Sequence record: PZ445451.1
Source of the DNA: a phage
Reading direction: 5' to 3' (one strand)
DNA length: 64,000 bases
The position numbers and the translations under genes are program-made. How positions within the stretch are numbered: the stretch's first letter is position 1; the number at the start of each line of letters is the position of its first letter. The notes beneath the pieces were generated by a model. The model was given only the letters and a program-made list of their open reading frames with translations. It searched no databases and was not told the origin of the DNA. Positions 26,433 through 35,011 of the stretch are shown here, one piece after another.

Positions 26433-26494
26433 TTGACAATATGCTGTTATCTGGTAAAGTGTACGACATAGGGCGAGGCAATAAGGCAACGCCC
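26433..26494 (+). promoter_or_regulatory. sigma70-like promoter (TTGACA/TAAAGT) plus divergent leader hairpin (GGGCGAGGCAATAAGGCAACGCCC)
   Basis: Seen directly. Confidence 0.5.
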
Positions 26495-26513
26495 ATTAAT
26501 GAGGGGTAGAATC

Positions 26514-26618
26514 ATGTTAGAGAAAATTTTCACGGTTGTAATAGTGGGCCTGGCGTTATCGGTTGGATTGGTTGCAACTATGGCTAACATGATCCTATCT
26601 TCCCACGGTATTGGATAA
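26514..26618 (+). CDS. Small hydrophobic peptide (34 aa, MLEKIFTVVIVGLALSVGLVATMANMILSSHGIG)
   Basis: Manual ORF; GAGGGG SD; first ORF after the promoter-hairpin unit. Confidence 0.3.
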   Translation: MLEKIFTVVIVGLALSVGLVATMANMILSSHGIG

Positions 26619-26628
26619 GGTGAATCAA

Positions 26629-26844
26629 ATGATCACGAATAAGACAGGTAAAACAGAATTTTTACGCAGCTTGCAAATAGGTAAACCTGAGATCTGGCAT
26701 TGCACTAAATCCGCGCATAATGAAATGAAAGATTTTACCGCTACTTTACAACGTGTTAAAATATCTATCACACAGAAAAAAGCCTTGTTAGTAGTAGAAA
26801 ACGAGATCCCGCAAACCATTATTATTGTCGAGCGTACAGCATGA
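26629..26844 (+). CDS. Hypothetical protein (71 aa)
   Basis: Track ORF; start moved to MITNKTGK (AAGGTGA SD). Confidence 0.5.
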   Translation: MITNKTGKTEFLRSLQIGKPEIWHCTKSAHNEMKDFTATLQRVKISITQKKALLVVENEIPQTIIIVERTA

Positions 26845-27227
26845 AAACTGAAATCATTAACGAAATGATCAACGGCTATAAAGAAGCCTTTATTTTTGCC
26901 GAACCAGCGACGGATCACAATGGGGAATATATTGAGAATCTAGACGATTATGATTTTTCTCCTAGCGCCCTGAAACGTATTACCAGCGATGTGACCGCCT
27001 TTTGTAGTGCCAATGTTGCCGCTATCTCTGAGGCAATGAGCGACGGCGCTACAGCAAACCAGATCGGGAATGATTTACATTTTACCCGTAACGGTCACGG
27101 CGTAGGTTTTTGGGATCGCCCTGAAATATACACTACTAACACCGCCAACCGTTTAACTGATGCAGCTAAATTAATGCCATTGGTGCATGCTTACATTGGT
27201 GAAGATAATTTGATTTATATTGACTAA
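26841..27227 (+). CDS. Hypothetical protein (128 aa)
   Basis: Track ORF; ATGA overlap with upstream gene. Confidence 0.55.
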   Translation: MKTEIINEMINGYKEAFIFAEPATDHNGEYIENLDDYDFSPSALKRITSDVTAFCSANVAAISEAMSDGATANQIGNDLHFTRNGHGVGFWDRPEIYTTNTANRLTDAAKLMPLVHAYIGEDNLIYID

Positions 27228-27232
27228 AAGTG

Positions 27233-27291
27233 TTGACACCGATCCCCAATATGTTATTATTTACCACGTAAGCGGGAAATGGTTTCCCGCC
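27233..27291 (+). promoter_or_regulatory. sigma70-like promoter (TTGACA/TATTAT) plus leader hairpin (GCGGGAAATGGTTTCCCGC)
   Basis: Seen directly. Confidence 0.6.
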
Positions 27292-27314
27292 AGGTAATCA
27301 AAAAGGTAAATACT

Positions 27315-27704
27315 ATGCGCAACCTGGTTTCTGTTTCTAACGTTGAAAAATTTCAATCTTTACAGGGTATCGTTAACAACGTAGCGCCTTTTTTAGTCAA
27401 CGGCTTGATTGCAAAGATGAAAAATAAACATCATGCGGCATGGTCTGCTTACTGCTTTGATAATGATGAAAAAGCGGCTGAAATGATGCTAAATATGCTG
27501 TTAGACAGTGTAGAATCATCTTTACCGGAAAACATCGCAGAAGAGATCACCTATCGTTATAATATGGCGATCACTTACCAGGAGGTTGCGCAATTTAATA
27601 TGATGGACGATGACGAACAACAGGATCAGGAAATGTTTTGGGAGTATGCTGATCGTCAATCGGCTTTTGATGAAAAATTAGCGATGTATTATAACGAATA
27701 TTAA
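27315..27704 (+). CDS. Hypothetical protein (129 aa)
   Basis: Track ORF; start moved to MRNLVSVS downstream of hairpin. Confidence 0.55.
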   Translation: MRNLVSVSNVEKFQSLQGIVNNVAPFLVNGLIAKMKNKHHAAWSAYCFDNDEKAAEMMLNMLLDSVESSLPENIAEEITYRYNMAITYQEVAQFNMMDDDEQQDQEMFWEYADRQSAFDEKLAMYYNEY

Positions 27705-27714
27705 TACACGGTAA

Positions 27715-27745
27715 AAGAAAGGGGCGCACTAAGCGCCCTTTTTTG
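27715..27745 (+). terminator. Rho-independent terminator (GGGGCGC-ACTAA-GCGCCC-TTTTTT)
   Basis: Seen directly. Confidence 0.7.
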
Positions 27746-28089
27746 TATTCTTTTTTCACGATGGAAACAACACGTAAAGAATAGGCGTAAAGGTGGCGTA
27801 AAACCATCTAAAACCGACTGTAACCGCTTAAACAAGGTAGGAATGATTAATCACCTTACCAGGGTGAAAAAGCTGTTATAAAGCTACCTAGAGCGTTTAA
27901 AGCACATAGGGAATAATTTGCTTTTTATCTTGCCTTTTATCCTGCTTTTGATTATTATTATGGAACGGGCGGCACCTGGGGACAGGGGAAGATAATCACC
28001 GGAAGATCCCGCTATATATTGATAGCTAATACCTATTAAACAACAAAACATCAAAGGAATAAACTATCAAATCTTTACAATCCTACCTA

Positions 28090-28150
28090 TTGACACAGGA
28101 TCACCCTTATACTAATATGTATCCCGTAGGGCGGGAAATGGTTTCCCGCT
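28090..28150 (+). promoter_or_regulatory. sigma70-like promoter (TTGACA-N17-TAATAT) plus leader hairpin (GGGCGGGAAATGGTTTCCCGCT)
   Basis: Seen directly. Confidence 0.6.
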
Positions 28151-28168
28151 TGATATAGGAATCATACC

Positions 28169-28402
28169 ATGATCGAACAAATTAAAAGCACTACACCAAA
28201 TGTTAACGGCAATGTTTCACACTTTATCGGTGATAATGAAAGGGGCACACCATACGCCGCCGTAACCGTGCAACCTAATGGCGATTATTGGTTTACCGTG
28301 TACGGATCATACTCTTTCGGACGCCCGGCACATGATAAGATCTTGCAAGCGGTTAAACCTGCGGGGAAGAATATCACAGCAGAAAAATTTTATAAAAAAT
28401 AG
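28169..28402 (+). CDS. Hypothetical protein (77 aa)
   Basis: Track ORF after promoter-hairpin unit. Confidence 0.55.
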   Translation: MIEQIKSTTPNVNGNVSHFIGDNERGTPYAAVTVQPNGDYWFTVYGSYSFGRPAHDKILQAVKPAGKNITAEKFYKK

Positions 28403-28403
28403 C

Positions 28404-28432
28404 TTGCTTTATTTCTTCTGTTAACTTATAGT
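28404..28432 (+). promoter_or_regulatory. sigma70-like promoter (TTGCTT-N17-TATAGT)
   Basis: Seen directly; leader hairpin degenerate here. Confidence 0.45.
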
Positions 28433-28477
28433 TATCGCGTAGGGCAAACAATTTTAAACGGTAAACGAGGAATCACC

Positions 28478-28861
28478 ATGAGCAATATCATCAACCTGGC
28501 AGCGACTGTAAACGGTAAAGATTTTAACGGCGCTGTAGACCGTGATCCTATGTGGTGCTTATCAGTGTTTAAAGGCGACCTGGTTGAAGTTAGAACAACC
28601 GAAGGCTATAGCGATGATTATAAATGCGAGATCCATTTACATAACTGGTACACGGGGAAAACTTATGCGCTGAATCACGCATTTATCGGGAAAATTGAAT
28701 ATCGCGAAATGATCGACGAAGAAACGGGGCAAGATTTTAGCGATTATGTTTATATCCGTTCAGAAACATTAGCCGAACGCTTGATCGAGAAAATGAAAGC
28801 AAAAAATAAAATTAATTTAGCTCATTGGCTTGATATAACAAATGATCCGGCTTACAAGTAA
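28478..28861 (+). CDS. Hypothetical protein (127 aa)
   Basis: Track ORF; ACGAGGAA SD. Confidence 0.55.
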   Translation: MSNIINLAATVNGKDFNGAVDRDPMWCLSVFKGDLVEVRTTEGYSDDYKCEIHLHNWYTGKTYALNHAFIGKIEYREMIDEETGQDFSDYVYIRSETLAERLIEKMKAKNKINLAHWLDITNDPAYK

Positions 28862-28876
28862 ATAACATTTCACACC

Positions 28877-28903
28877 AGGGCGCACAAAGCGCCCTTTCTT
28901 TTT
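28877..28903 (+). terminator. Rho-independent terminator (AGGGCGC-ACAAA-GCGCCCT-TTCTTTTT)
   Basis: Seen directly; ends the small-gene array. Confidence 0.7.
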
Positions 28904-29106
28904 ACCTAAATAAAGATGATAGCTTTTACCTATCAAAAACGTTCACCGAAAAAAGTGAATAGATCGCGGTATCGAGCTAATCAAGGAGCAGATGAACAAC
29001 CATACCATGAAGATCATAAGGCGCTTACAACGTGTTTTAGACCGCTTATTTTTAATTTCTCAATGTAACTATCGGGCAAAAACAGCCTTTTTCTTGTCTT
29101 TCCTCT

Positions 29107-29184
29107 TAAATGATAATCATTCTTATTTATAGCTGATTATTTATGCAATAAACTGCATAATGCAATAATGATAATCATTCTTAA
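29107..29184. promoter_or_regulatory. Two Fur-box-like sites (AAATGATAATCATTCTTA; ATAATGATAATCATTCTTA)
   Basis: Seen directly; second copy matches 16 of 18 positions of Fur consensus ATAATGATAATCATTATC. Confidence 0.55.
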
Positions 29185-29542
29185 CTTATGACCATCTAAC
29201 CTATAAAATAATAAGTTATCTAACTAAATTAAAACTAATTATCCCACCTTTATTTATAACTTACTTTTACTATCTCATTGATAACCTTATATTAAACAAC
29301 AATAACCAATATAAATCATTACTAAGCTAACTATAATCTATCTAACCCTTAAAACTATAACTATAATCTATCGAATTGTTGCACAAAGTAACTATTAAAT
29401 TGTTAGTAACTTTACTAAATAATTAATATCCTATCTATTTATGATCTAATCTTTACCTTACTATCTATTACCTAAATAACCATTTCATACAGAAATTATT
29501 TCATACAATAACTATAACAAGAAATATAATTCGCAAGCGTAT

Positions 29543-29703
29543 CATTAGCAGCCTATGCCGGACACATAGGCGGCTAATAATAACGCAACTACACACCCCA
29601 CATAATAACCATCACCGATAGTTATTATTTGTGCTTATGTAGCTTGCAACAATTGCAAGCGCAACAATATACATGGTATATTGTATCCCTTACATTGTTG
29701 CGG
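29543..29703. repeat. Cluster of nested inverted repeats (13-bp stem ATTAGCAGCCTATG/CATAGGCGGCTAAT; CTTGCAACAATTGCAAG; CGCAACAAT...ATTGTTGCG enclosing ATATAC-ATG-GTATAT)
   Basis: Seen directly in the 1.8-kb non-coding region. Confidence 0.6.
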
Positions 29704-30042
29704 TGCGTTATTATTAGCTAATGTTTGGAACATTGGCTATAATATAAGCTACATATAATAAGCTATACAATAATAAACATAATGAATAATGACACTGATG
29801 ATCATAATGCGCCACCTTCCAGGGGGCGCTATGTGAACACAAAGAAATCTTTCTTGTCAAGAAAAATATCACCATTATTGCGCAAAATTATTTATATCTG
29901 AACAGATGATTTTTCATACTATTGCCCCCTATAGTATCCCTATTTGTTGTAATGTATTCCCCTATTTGTTGAGCCTACTCTCTTAAAAGCGCAATAAATT
30001 AGAATTATCTTGATTTTTAGGTAGTTTTATAGTATAGAAAAT

Positions 30043-30066
30043 ATGCAAATGATAATCATTATCAGC
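30043..30066. promoter_or_regulatory. Fur-box-like site (GCAAATGATAATCATTATC)
   Basis: Seen directly; AATGATAATCATTATC is a 16/16 match to the 3' part of the Fur consensus. Confidence 0.6.
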
Positions 30067-30229
30067 TATCTTCCACAGGTGGCACTATTTCACGCCAGAT
30101 CATTTCATTTGGCAAGGTGTATATAGATGTTTAGAAATGCCAAGCCATTGATTTACTTAGAATTTATCTGTTTTGTTGTGAGTAGTGCCTTTCTTGCTCA
30201 GAAAATAATCAAAAGTCTTATAAGTCATT

Positions 30230-30264
30230 GAATGATAATGCAAATGATAATTATTCTCATTGAT
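30230..30264. promoter_or_regulatory. Fur-box-like site (GAATGATAATGCAAATGATAATTATTCTCATT)
   Basis: Seen directly. Confidence 0.5.
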
Positions 30265-30378
30265 ATTTGAGGGGGACGGTCGGCAGAAATCGGGGGCGCT
30301 AAAAATCGCGTTAAGCACCTCTCGCAAGCGAGCAGTATTTTGCGGCAAGTTATTGATATTATTGGCTTTACGCTTATG

Positions 30379-30485
30379 GAAAGGGGGTGTGTCGAAATAA
30401 ATCGGGTATACCGGAAAATTTTTGTGGCATAGATATTTATTTGTCTATATTATGTACAAAGGGGTGTGTTAAAAATAATAGGTAT
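30379..30485. repeat. Two copies of AAAGGGGTGTGT..AAATAA..GGTATA motif about 73 bp apart
   Basis: Seen directly; third partial copy at ~17919. Confidence 0.45.
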
Positions 30486-30717
30486 ATATAGAATAATTGA
30501 TAGGGAAATCCTATACTAATCCCTCCATTAATGATGTTCCTAGGTTGCTGTTCTTGTAACAGATGAAAAGACGCTGTATGATGTGTGGCATGAGACGTAA
30601 ATTTATAAGATGCAAATAATGCTTGCATTGAATAGAAATGTCTGTATAGTGGTTTGCATACCGCGCACGACGCGTTTCCATTTTCAATAAAATGTTAGCA
30701 TTATGGGGAGGTAGAAA

Positions 30718-31179
30718 ATGAGACAACTATCTATACTGGAAGCACATGTGCAATGTGTTGCAGATTATGTCAAAGAACACTCAAGTTTGTTGGATGTAAC
30801 CTGTGCAGTGCAAAATGATGTAGGTATTGTCTGTGTGCGACATATCTTATCTGAAACTCGTTATGAAGTATTTCGTGCCAAGTTGTTTGGATGTGATCAA
30901 GTGCATGTAAACTTCTTGGATTCCAATTTTCGTTATGCTTTAGAAAATATTGATGATTATCTTCCTTGCTCTCCGACCGGATATGTGATGATAGCAGCAA
31001 ATGAAGTAACACCAAACAACAGTGAGCGGGAAACTTTGTTACGGAAGAAAATACGCCAACTGCAAGTGTTGAATGAACTGAAAGAAGAGATTGAAAAAGA
31101 ACTGAAAGAAGATTTTGGTATGCTTCCAAAAGACGCTTTGAAATGGTTTGATGAACTAGGAGAGGAAAGTTATGAATAA
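30718..31179 (+). CDS. Hypothetical protein (153 aa); N-terminus paralogous to 36932 gene
   Basis: Track ORF; GGGGAGG SD; shares ..H.SLL.V...V....G.V.V.H.LS.T.Y.VF....... with 36932..37183. Confidence 0.55.
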   Translation: MRQLSILEAHVQCVADYVKEHSSLLDVTCAVQNDVGIVCVRHILSETRYEVFRAKLFGCDQVHVNFLDSNFRYALENIDDYLPCSPTGYVMIAANEVTPNNSERETLLRKKIRQLQVLNELKEEIEKELKEDFGMLPKDALKWFDELGEESYE

Positions 31180-31348
31180 AGAAACTACTGTGTACTTAGT
31201 AACAAAGAATACCCCAGGCTGGAGCCAATGCAGCACTGTCCCTTACAAGATCTGTGCAACATTAGAACTAGCACAACGTGCAGAAGCAGAAGTGAATGCC
31301 ATGCAATACAGCTATGGTGAAATCATTCCTTTTACTCTTGAACAATAA
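31172..31348 (+). CDS. Small hypothetical protein (58 aa)
   Basis: Manual ORF below size cut-off; GGAGAGGAAAG SD; overlaps upstream stop. Confidence 0.4.
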   Translation: MNKETTVYLVTKNTPGWSQCSTVPYKICATLELAQRAEAEVNAMQYSYGEIIPFTLEQ

Positions 31349-31359
31349 GGAGTTGTGTA

Positions 31360-31812
31360 ATGTTTGAAATTGGTAAAGTGTATCGTTTTAAAAACCCATC
31401 TTATATCCGTAAGTTTGCTAACGTGTCTGAGTGCAATAGCAGGATTGCTTCTTTTTTAGGTGATTCATATTTTCGTGTATTAGATGTGGATGATTGGTAT
31501 GGTGTCACTGCTTTGCAATCCTTAGCAGGAGAACAAGAAATTATCGCTCAAAATGAAGGAGACTTTCTTCAGTGTTACACGTTGCTTGCAAAAAGTGAGT
31601 TTGAGTATTTTGTAGAAGTCTTAGAGGAAGCACCAAAAAGTAAACACGAAGAGAAATACCTGCTTGTAGTGGATGGAGTTCCGATCATGGAAACCATCTC
31701 CCGTGAGGAAGTTGAAAAAGAGGCGAAACGTTACAAGCTGGATCGTACACAGAGTGTAGTTGAAGTCTATTCTCTTGTTGGTGTTGCAGATATTAGTGTG
31801 AACATCGTATAA
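31360..31812 (+). CDS. Hypothetical protein (150 aa)
   Basis: Track ORF; AAGGAG SD. Confidence 0.55.
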   Translation: MFEIGKVYRFKNPSYIRKFANVSECNSRIASFLGDSYFRVLDVDDWYGVTALQSLAGEQEIIAQNEGDFLQCYTLLAKSEFEYFVEVLEEAPKSKHEEKYLLVVDGVPIMETISREEVEKEAKRYKLDRTQSVVEVYSLVGVADISVNIV

Positions 31813-31815
31813 TAT

Positions 31816-32028
31816 ATGTGTAATGACAGATACATTCTTCGTGTATCTGATAAGTCTCCTATGTTTGACTGGCGGGGTTGGTGGCTACTAGCTCCGATGC
31901 AAGGTCTGACAGACGTGGAAAAGGAGGCTTATGTGTATACAAAAGAAGAGATAGAAGATAGCCTTTATTTGACAGATAACATTAAGAATGGTATCTTTGA
32001 GTGTAAATTGAAAGGAGAGGAAGAATGA
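31816..32028 (+). CDS. Hypothetical protein (70 aa)
   Basis: Track ORF. Confidence 0.45.
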   Translation: MCNDRYILRVSDKSPMFDWRGWWLLAPMQGLTDVEKEAYVYTKEEIEDSLYLTDNIKNGIFECKLKGEEE

Positions 32029-32324
32029 CTATTACAGAAAAACTGCGCTGTATTGCAAAGCAAAGTGGAGAAGGTTTATGGTTTCCTATTGAGGAAATTA
32101 TTCAGGACTGTTATGATCAGGCTAAGACTGGCAAATACTCCAAAGCATTTAAACCATCTGTTTTCGGTTTGGATGACTATCCAAAAAATGAACAAGCAAA
32201 GAAACGACAAGTTGATTTGATTGATCTTGCTATGGAAGCACTACGAGAGCATGGGCTTAGTAAGGTGTATGCTTTAAACACCAAAGAGGGCTTTGTAGAT
32301 TCAGTGATCGTAGACTGGTATTAA
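32025..32324 (+). CDS. Hypothetical protein (99 aa)
   Basis: Track ORF, ATGA overlap. Confidence 0.5.
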   Translation: MTITEKLRCIAKQSGEGLWFPIEEIIQDCYDQAKTGKYSKAFKPSVFGLDDYPKNEQAKKRQVDLIDLAMEALREHGLSKVYALNTKEGFVDSVIVDWY

Positions 32325-32333
32325 GGAGAAGTC

Positions 32334-32702
32334 ATGCAAGAAAATAATAAAGTGTGTAGCATGAAAAGCAGCCCATATTTGCTACAATTTTATGAGTGGT
32401 GGTTAGAACAAGAAGATACAAACTTTAGCAAAAAGCATTATGGTCTTTGCACGTGTCTTGTAGACTTCTTATACAATATTGCTTGGATAAAAGATGTTGA
32501 GAATGTATCAAAGCTCCAATCCTCTGTACGAGAGGAAATGAAGGAACAATTTAAGAAAGCGGGTTTGAACCATTTACATCCGTTTAATACGGATTTCTCG
32601 CACTACTTTACGGAAACAGAGCTAGGCATTGCACACCTTAATAAAGAACGTGTACAATGGGTGATTGATCGTATTCGTGATATGGAGGAATACAATGGTT
32701 AA
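32334..32702 (+). CDS. Hypothetical protein (122 aa); paralog of 33326 gene
   Basis: Track ORF; shares LLQFY..W, LHPFN and HLNKERV.WV motifs with 33326..33910. Confidence 0.55.
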   Translation: MQENNKVCSMKSSPYLLQFYEWWLEQEDTNFSKKHYGLCTCLVDFLYNIAWIKDVENVSKLQSSVREEMKEQFKKAGLNHLHPFNTDFSHYFTETELGIAHLNKERVQWVIDRIRDMEEYNG

Positions 32703-32913
32703 GTTTAAAACTTTCTGTGCAATCACTGTTTGTCTTATTCTTGCATACGTGTTATTCTCTGGTATCGTTCGTTTAGGTGAGTATATGGCAAGAGAAGCTC
32801 GTGAAAGTGCAGCTAAAAAAGAACAGTGTATTGTGTTCAAGCATCAAAGAGATGCTGAAAAGTTTCTCGCACTTGATTGCAATCGTTATGTATCATATCA
32901 AATGTATGAGTAA
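32698..32913 (+). CDS. Small membrane-anchored protein (71 aa); paralog of 37407 gene
   Basis: Track ORF; start moved to MVKFKTF (GGAGGAA SD); shares KE.CI..KH.R.AE.FL...C..Y..Y with 37407..37631. Confidence 0.5.
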   Translation, partial: VKFKTFCAITVCLILAYVLFSGIVRLGEYMAREARESAAKKEQCIVFKHQRDAEKFLALDCNRYVSYQMYE

Positions 32914-32922
32914 GGAGAATTT

Positions 32923-33147
32923 ATGGTAAAACGTTTGGAATGGGATGCGTGTACTGCTCACGCTTGTCACTGCGATATTGTTGAAGATCCTAATGGAGAA
33001 ATGGTGTATTATGAAGATTACGAAGCATTGCACAATGCTGTGATTGCTTTACTGGATGATATTAGCTCACGCTATCCAGGACAACAATTCACGTGTCCAC
33101 ATATCCAACTATTAGCCGAACTTACGGAGTATCCAAGTGTTCCATAA
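32923..33147 (+). CDS. Hypothetical protein (74 aa); weak paralog of 38292 gene
   Basis: Track ORF; shares CDIV.DP.G..V...DY..L. Confidence 0.5.
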   Translation: MVKRLEWDACTAHACHCDIVEDPNGEMVYYEDYEALHNAVIALLDDISSRYPGQQFTCPHIQLLAELTEYPSVP

Positions 33148-33148
33148 T

Positions 33149-33316
33149 ATGGGTGTCCCTGAACAACTGCTCTTTATTGTAGGATTAGTAGGCTTATTGG
33201 CGGCTGGCGCTAAAGCCGCTTCTCACACGCATCACATAATGTTAAGATTTCTATTCCTGCTCCCTTCTATCCTCGTACTACTAGTCATACTGATCGATAA
33301 CATTTTGCATAATTAA
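33149..33316 (+). CDS. Small membrane protein (55 aa)
   Basis: Manual ORF (MGVPEQLLFIVGLVGLLAAGAKAASH..); two hydrophobic helices. Confidence 0.35.
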   Translation: MGVPEQLLFIVGLVGLLAAGAKAASHTHHIMLRFLFLLPSILVLLVILIDNILHN

Positions 33317-33325
33317 GGAGAGGTT

Positions 33326-33910
33326 ATGAGTAAAATTATACCAAGCAGTTATGAATTATTACAGTTTTATGTGTATTATATAGACTGGGTTAGTAGATTG
33401 AATGTTAAAGACAATGCGATGTTTAGTAAAAACATCTGTTTAACAGAAAGTATCTTCCGTTACTGGCACACAGGTAGAAAGTGTACACACAGTGAAGCTA
33501 TGCGCATTGTAGGAGAATATCTGGAGCAATTGCAAAAAGCAGAACTTCCTGTCCTTCACCCATTCAATGAATCTAAAGAAGAATTAGAACAAGAATGTAG
33601 GGAAGGTAAGTGCCATTTGAATGAAAAACGTATCGAATGGGTGAGGCAACGTTTAGCCGATGCAGGGAATCCTCCTAGTGACTCTGACTATACGTGGTAT
33701 GATGTAGAGGGTTTAGTTCAAGGTTTTGAGGCTTGTGCTATAGGTAATACCAACTTTGCCAAAGTTTTATGCGAGGTTTATGATCTGGCAGATAAAATCC
33801 GAAATCACGGATGGAAACAAGAGCATAAAGAATCATATGAACGCCTTGACAAGATTTTCAAACAGATCTATTCTAACCACAAAGAGATGTTCCAAATGGA
33901 GGATGTGTAA
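33326..33910 (+). CDS. Hypothetical protein (194 aa); paralog of 32334 gene
   Basis: Track ORF; AAGGAGAGG SD. Confidence 0.55.
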   Translation: MSKIIPSSYELLQFYVYYIDWVSRLNVKDNAMFSKNICLTESIFRYWHTGRKCTHSEAMRIVGEYLEQLQKAELPVLHPFNESKEELEQECREGKCHLNEKRIEWVRQRLADAGNPPSDSDYTWYDVEGLVQGFEACAIGNTNFAKVLCEVYDLADKIRNHGWKQEHKESYERLDKIFKQIYSNHKEMFQMEDV

Positions 33911-34596
33911 TGAAAGAGATTATGTTTGAAGGGCATCGTTACGAAGTTCCAGACAATGCAAATTTCATGGCTCGTGATATCACTGGAGATGTGTTCTGGT
34001 TTGAAGATGAACCTGTGTTTTCTTCGAACAAACACTGGTTTTCACAACAATCTTCTTCGGAAAATATGACTTTTGGTTATGTAGAACCTAAAGTACGTTG
34101 CAAAGCAGCTTCTTCTTTGGTAAAAATTTCCCAAGATGACCAAGAAAATACTCAAGATGTTGTTAGTGCACTACTGAAGTACATTGCAGAACTTGAAAAT
34201 AAAATTAAAGAAGCAGAAACTAAGGTGAAAGCACGATCAGCAATCATTGAAGCTATGTCTGAACGTATTTTAGAACTAGAAGATTTGTGTGGAGAGGCTT
34301 ATCAAGTGGTTGGGGCACTGGCTTGTGAAGCACAAATGTTTGAAACTTCAGAACAAGTTTCACATATGTTAGATAATTTGAGTGAATGTAAAATGATTCA
34401 TGATGATGTATTGCCATTTTGTTGCAATGTTAACAAAACAGAGCAAACAGAAGATTCAGAAACAGTTTATGTTCCGCTAATGTGTGTTCCAGATCATCTG
34501 AAAGGTGTATTCTCTTGTAAATGGTCACTGTTGAGCGTTAATAATTGTGGTGAAAACTATTCTGCTAACATTGAATTGCTAAAACACGTTAAATAA
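33910..34596 (+). CDS. Hypothetical protein (228 aa) with central coiled coil
   Basis: Track ORF. Confidence 0.55.
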   Translation: MKEIMFEGHRYEVPDNANFMARDITGDVFWFEDEPVFSSNKHWFSQQSSSENMTFGYVEPKVRCKAASSLVKISQDDQENTQDVVSALLKYIAELENKIKEAETKVKARSAIIEAMSERILELEDLCGEAYQVVGALACEAQMFETSEQVSHMLDNLSECKMIHDDVLPFCCNVNKTEQTEDSETVYVPLMCVPDHLKGVFSCKWSLLSVNNCGENYSANIELLKHVK

Positions 34597-34606
34597 GGAG
34601 AGTGAT

Positions 34607-35011
34607 ATGTGGTCTGTTAAAATCAAATATAATGCGCAGTATTATGGTGGAAAACCTTACGAAGTTGTTATTTGTGATTGTATCTCTGAAGAAGTTGCAC
34701 AGCTTTGTGGCGCTGGTGTTAGTGAAGCTATGAACAAAATGCATAACTCGACTGTGCGTTACCTGGATCAAGATATTCCAGAAGATGTAAATGACTATGC
34801 TTACGAAGTTATTTATAGTGAAGGTAAGAAGCTCTCTATTGAAGATGCACTTAAAGCACTACCTGCTATGTGCAACCCGACACCAGAAGCAGTTAAAGAG
34901 ATTTTACCAGAATCCAACCCCGATGAATATGCTGCTATGGTTGCTTCAGACATGTGGAATCTCTGTCGAGAAACTATGATTAAAAATCTGGTGGAAATGG
35001 CACATGAGTAA
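34607..35011 (+). CDS. Hypothetical acidic protein (134 aa)
   Basis: Track ORF; AAGGAGAG SD. Confidence 0.55.
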   Translation: MWSVKIKYNAQYYGGKPYEVVICDCISEEVAQLCGAGVSEAMNKMHNSTVRYLDQDIPEDVNDYAYEVIYSEGKKLSIEDALKALPAMCNPTPEAVKEILPESNPDEYAAMVASDMWNLCRETMIKNLVEMAHE

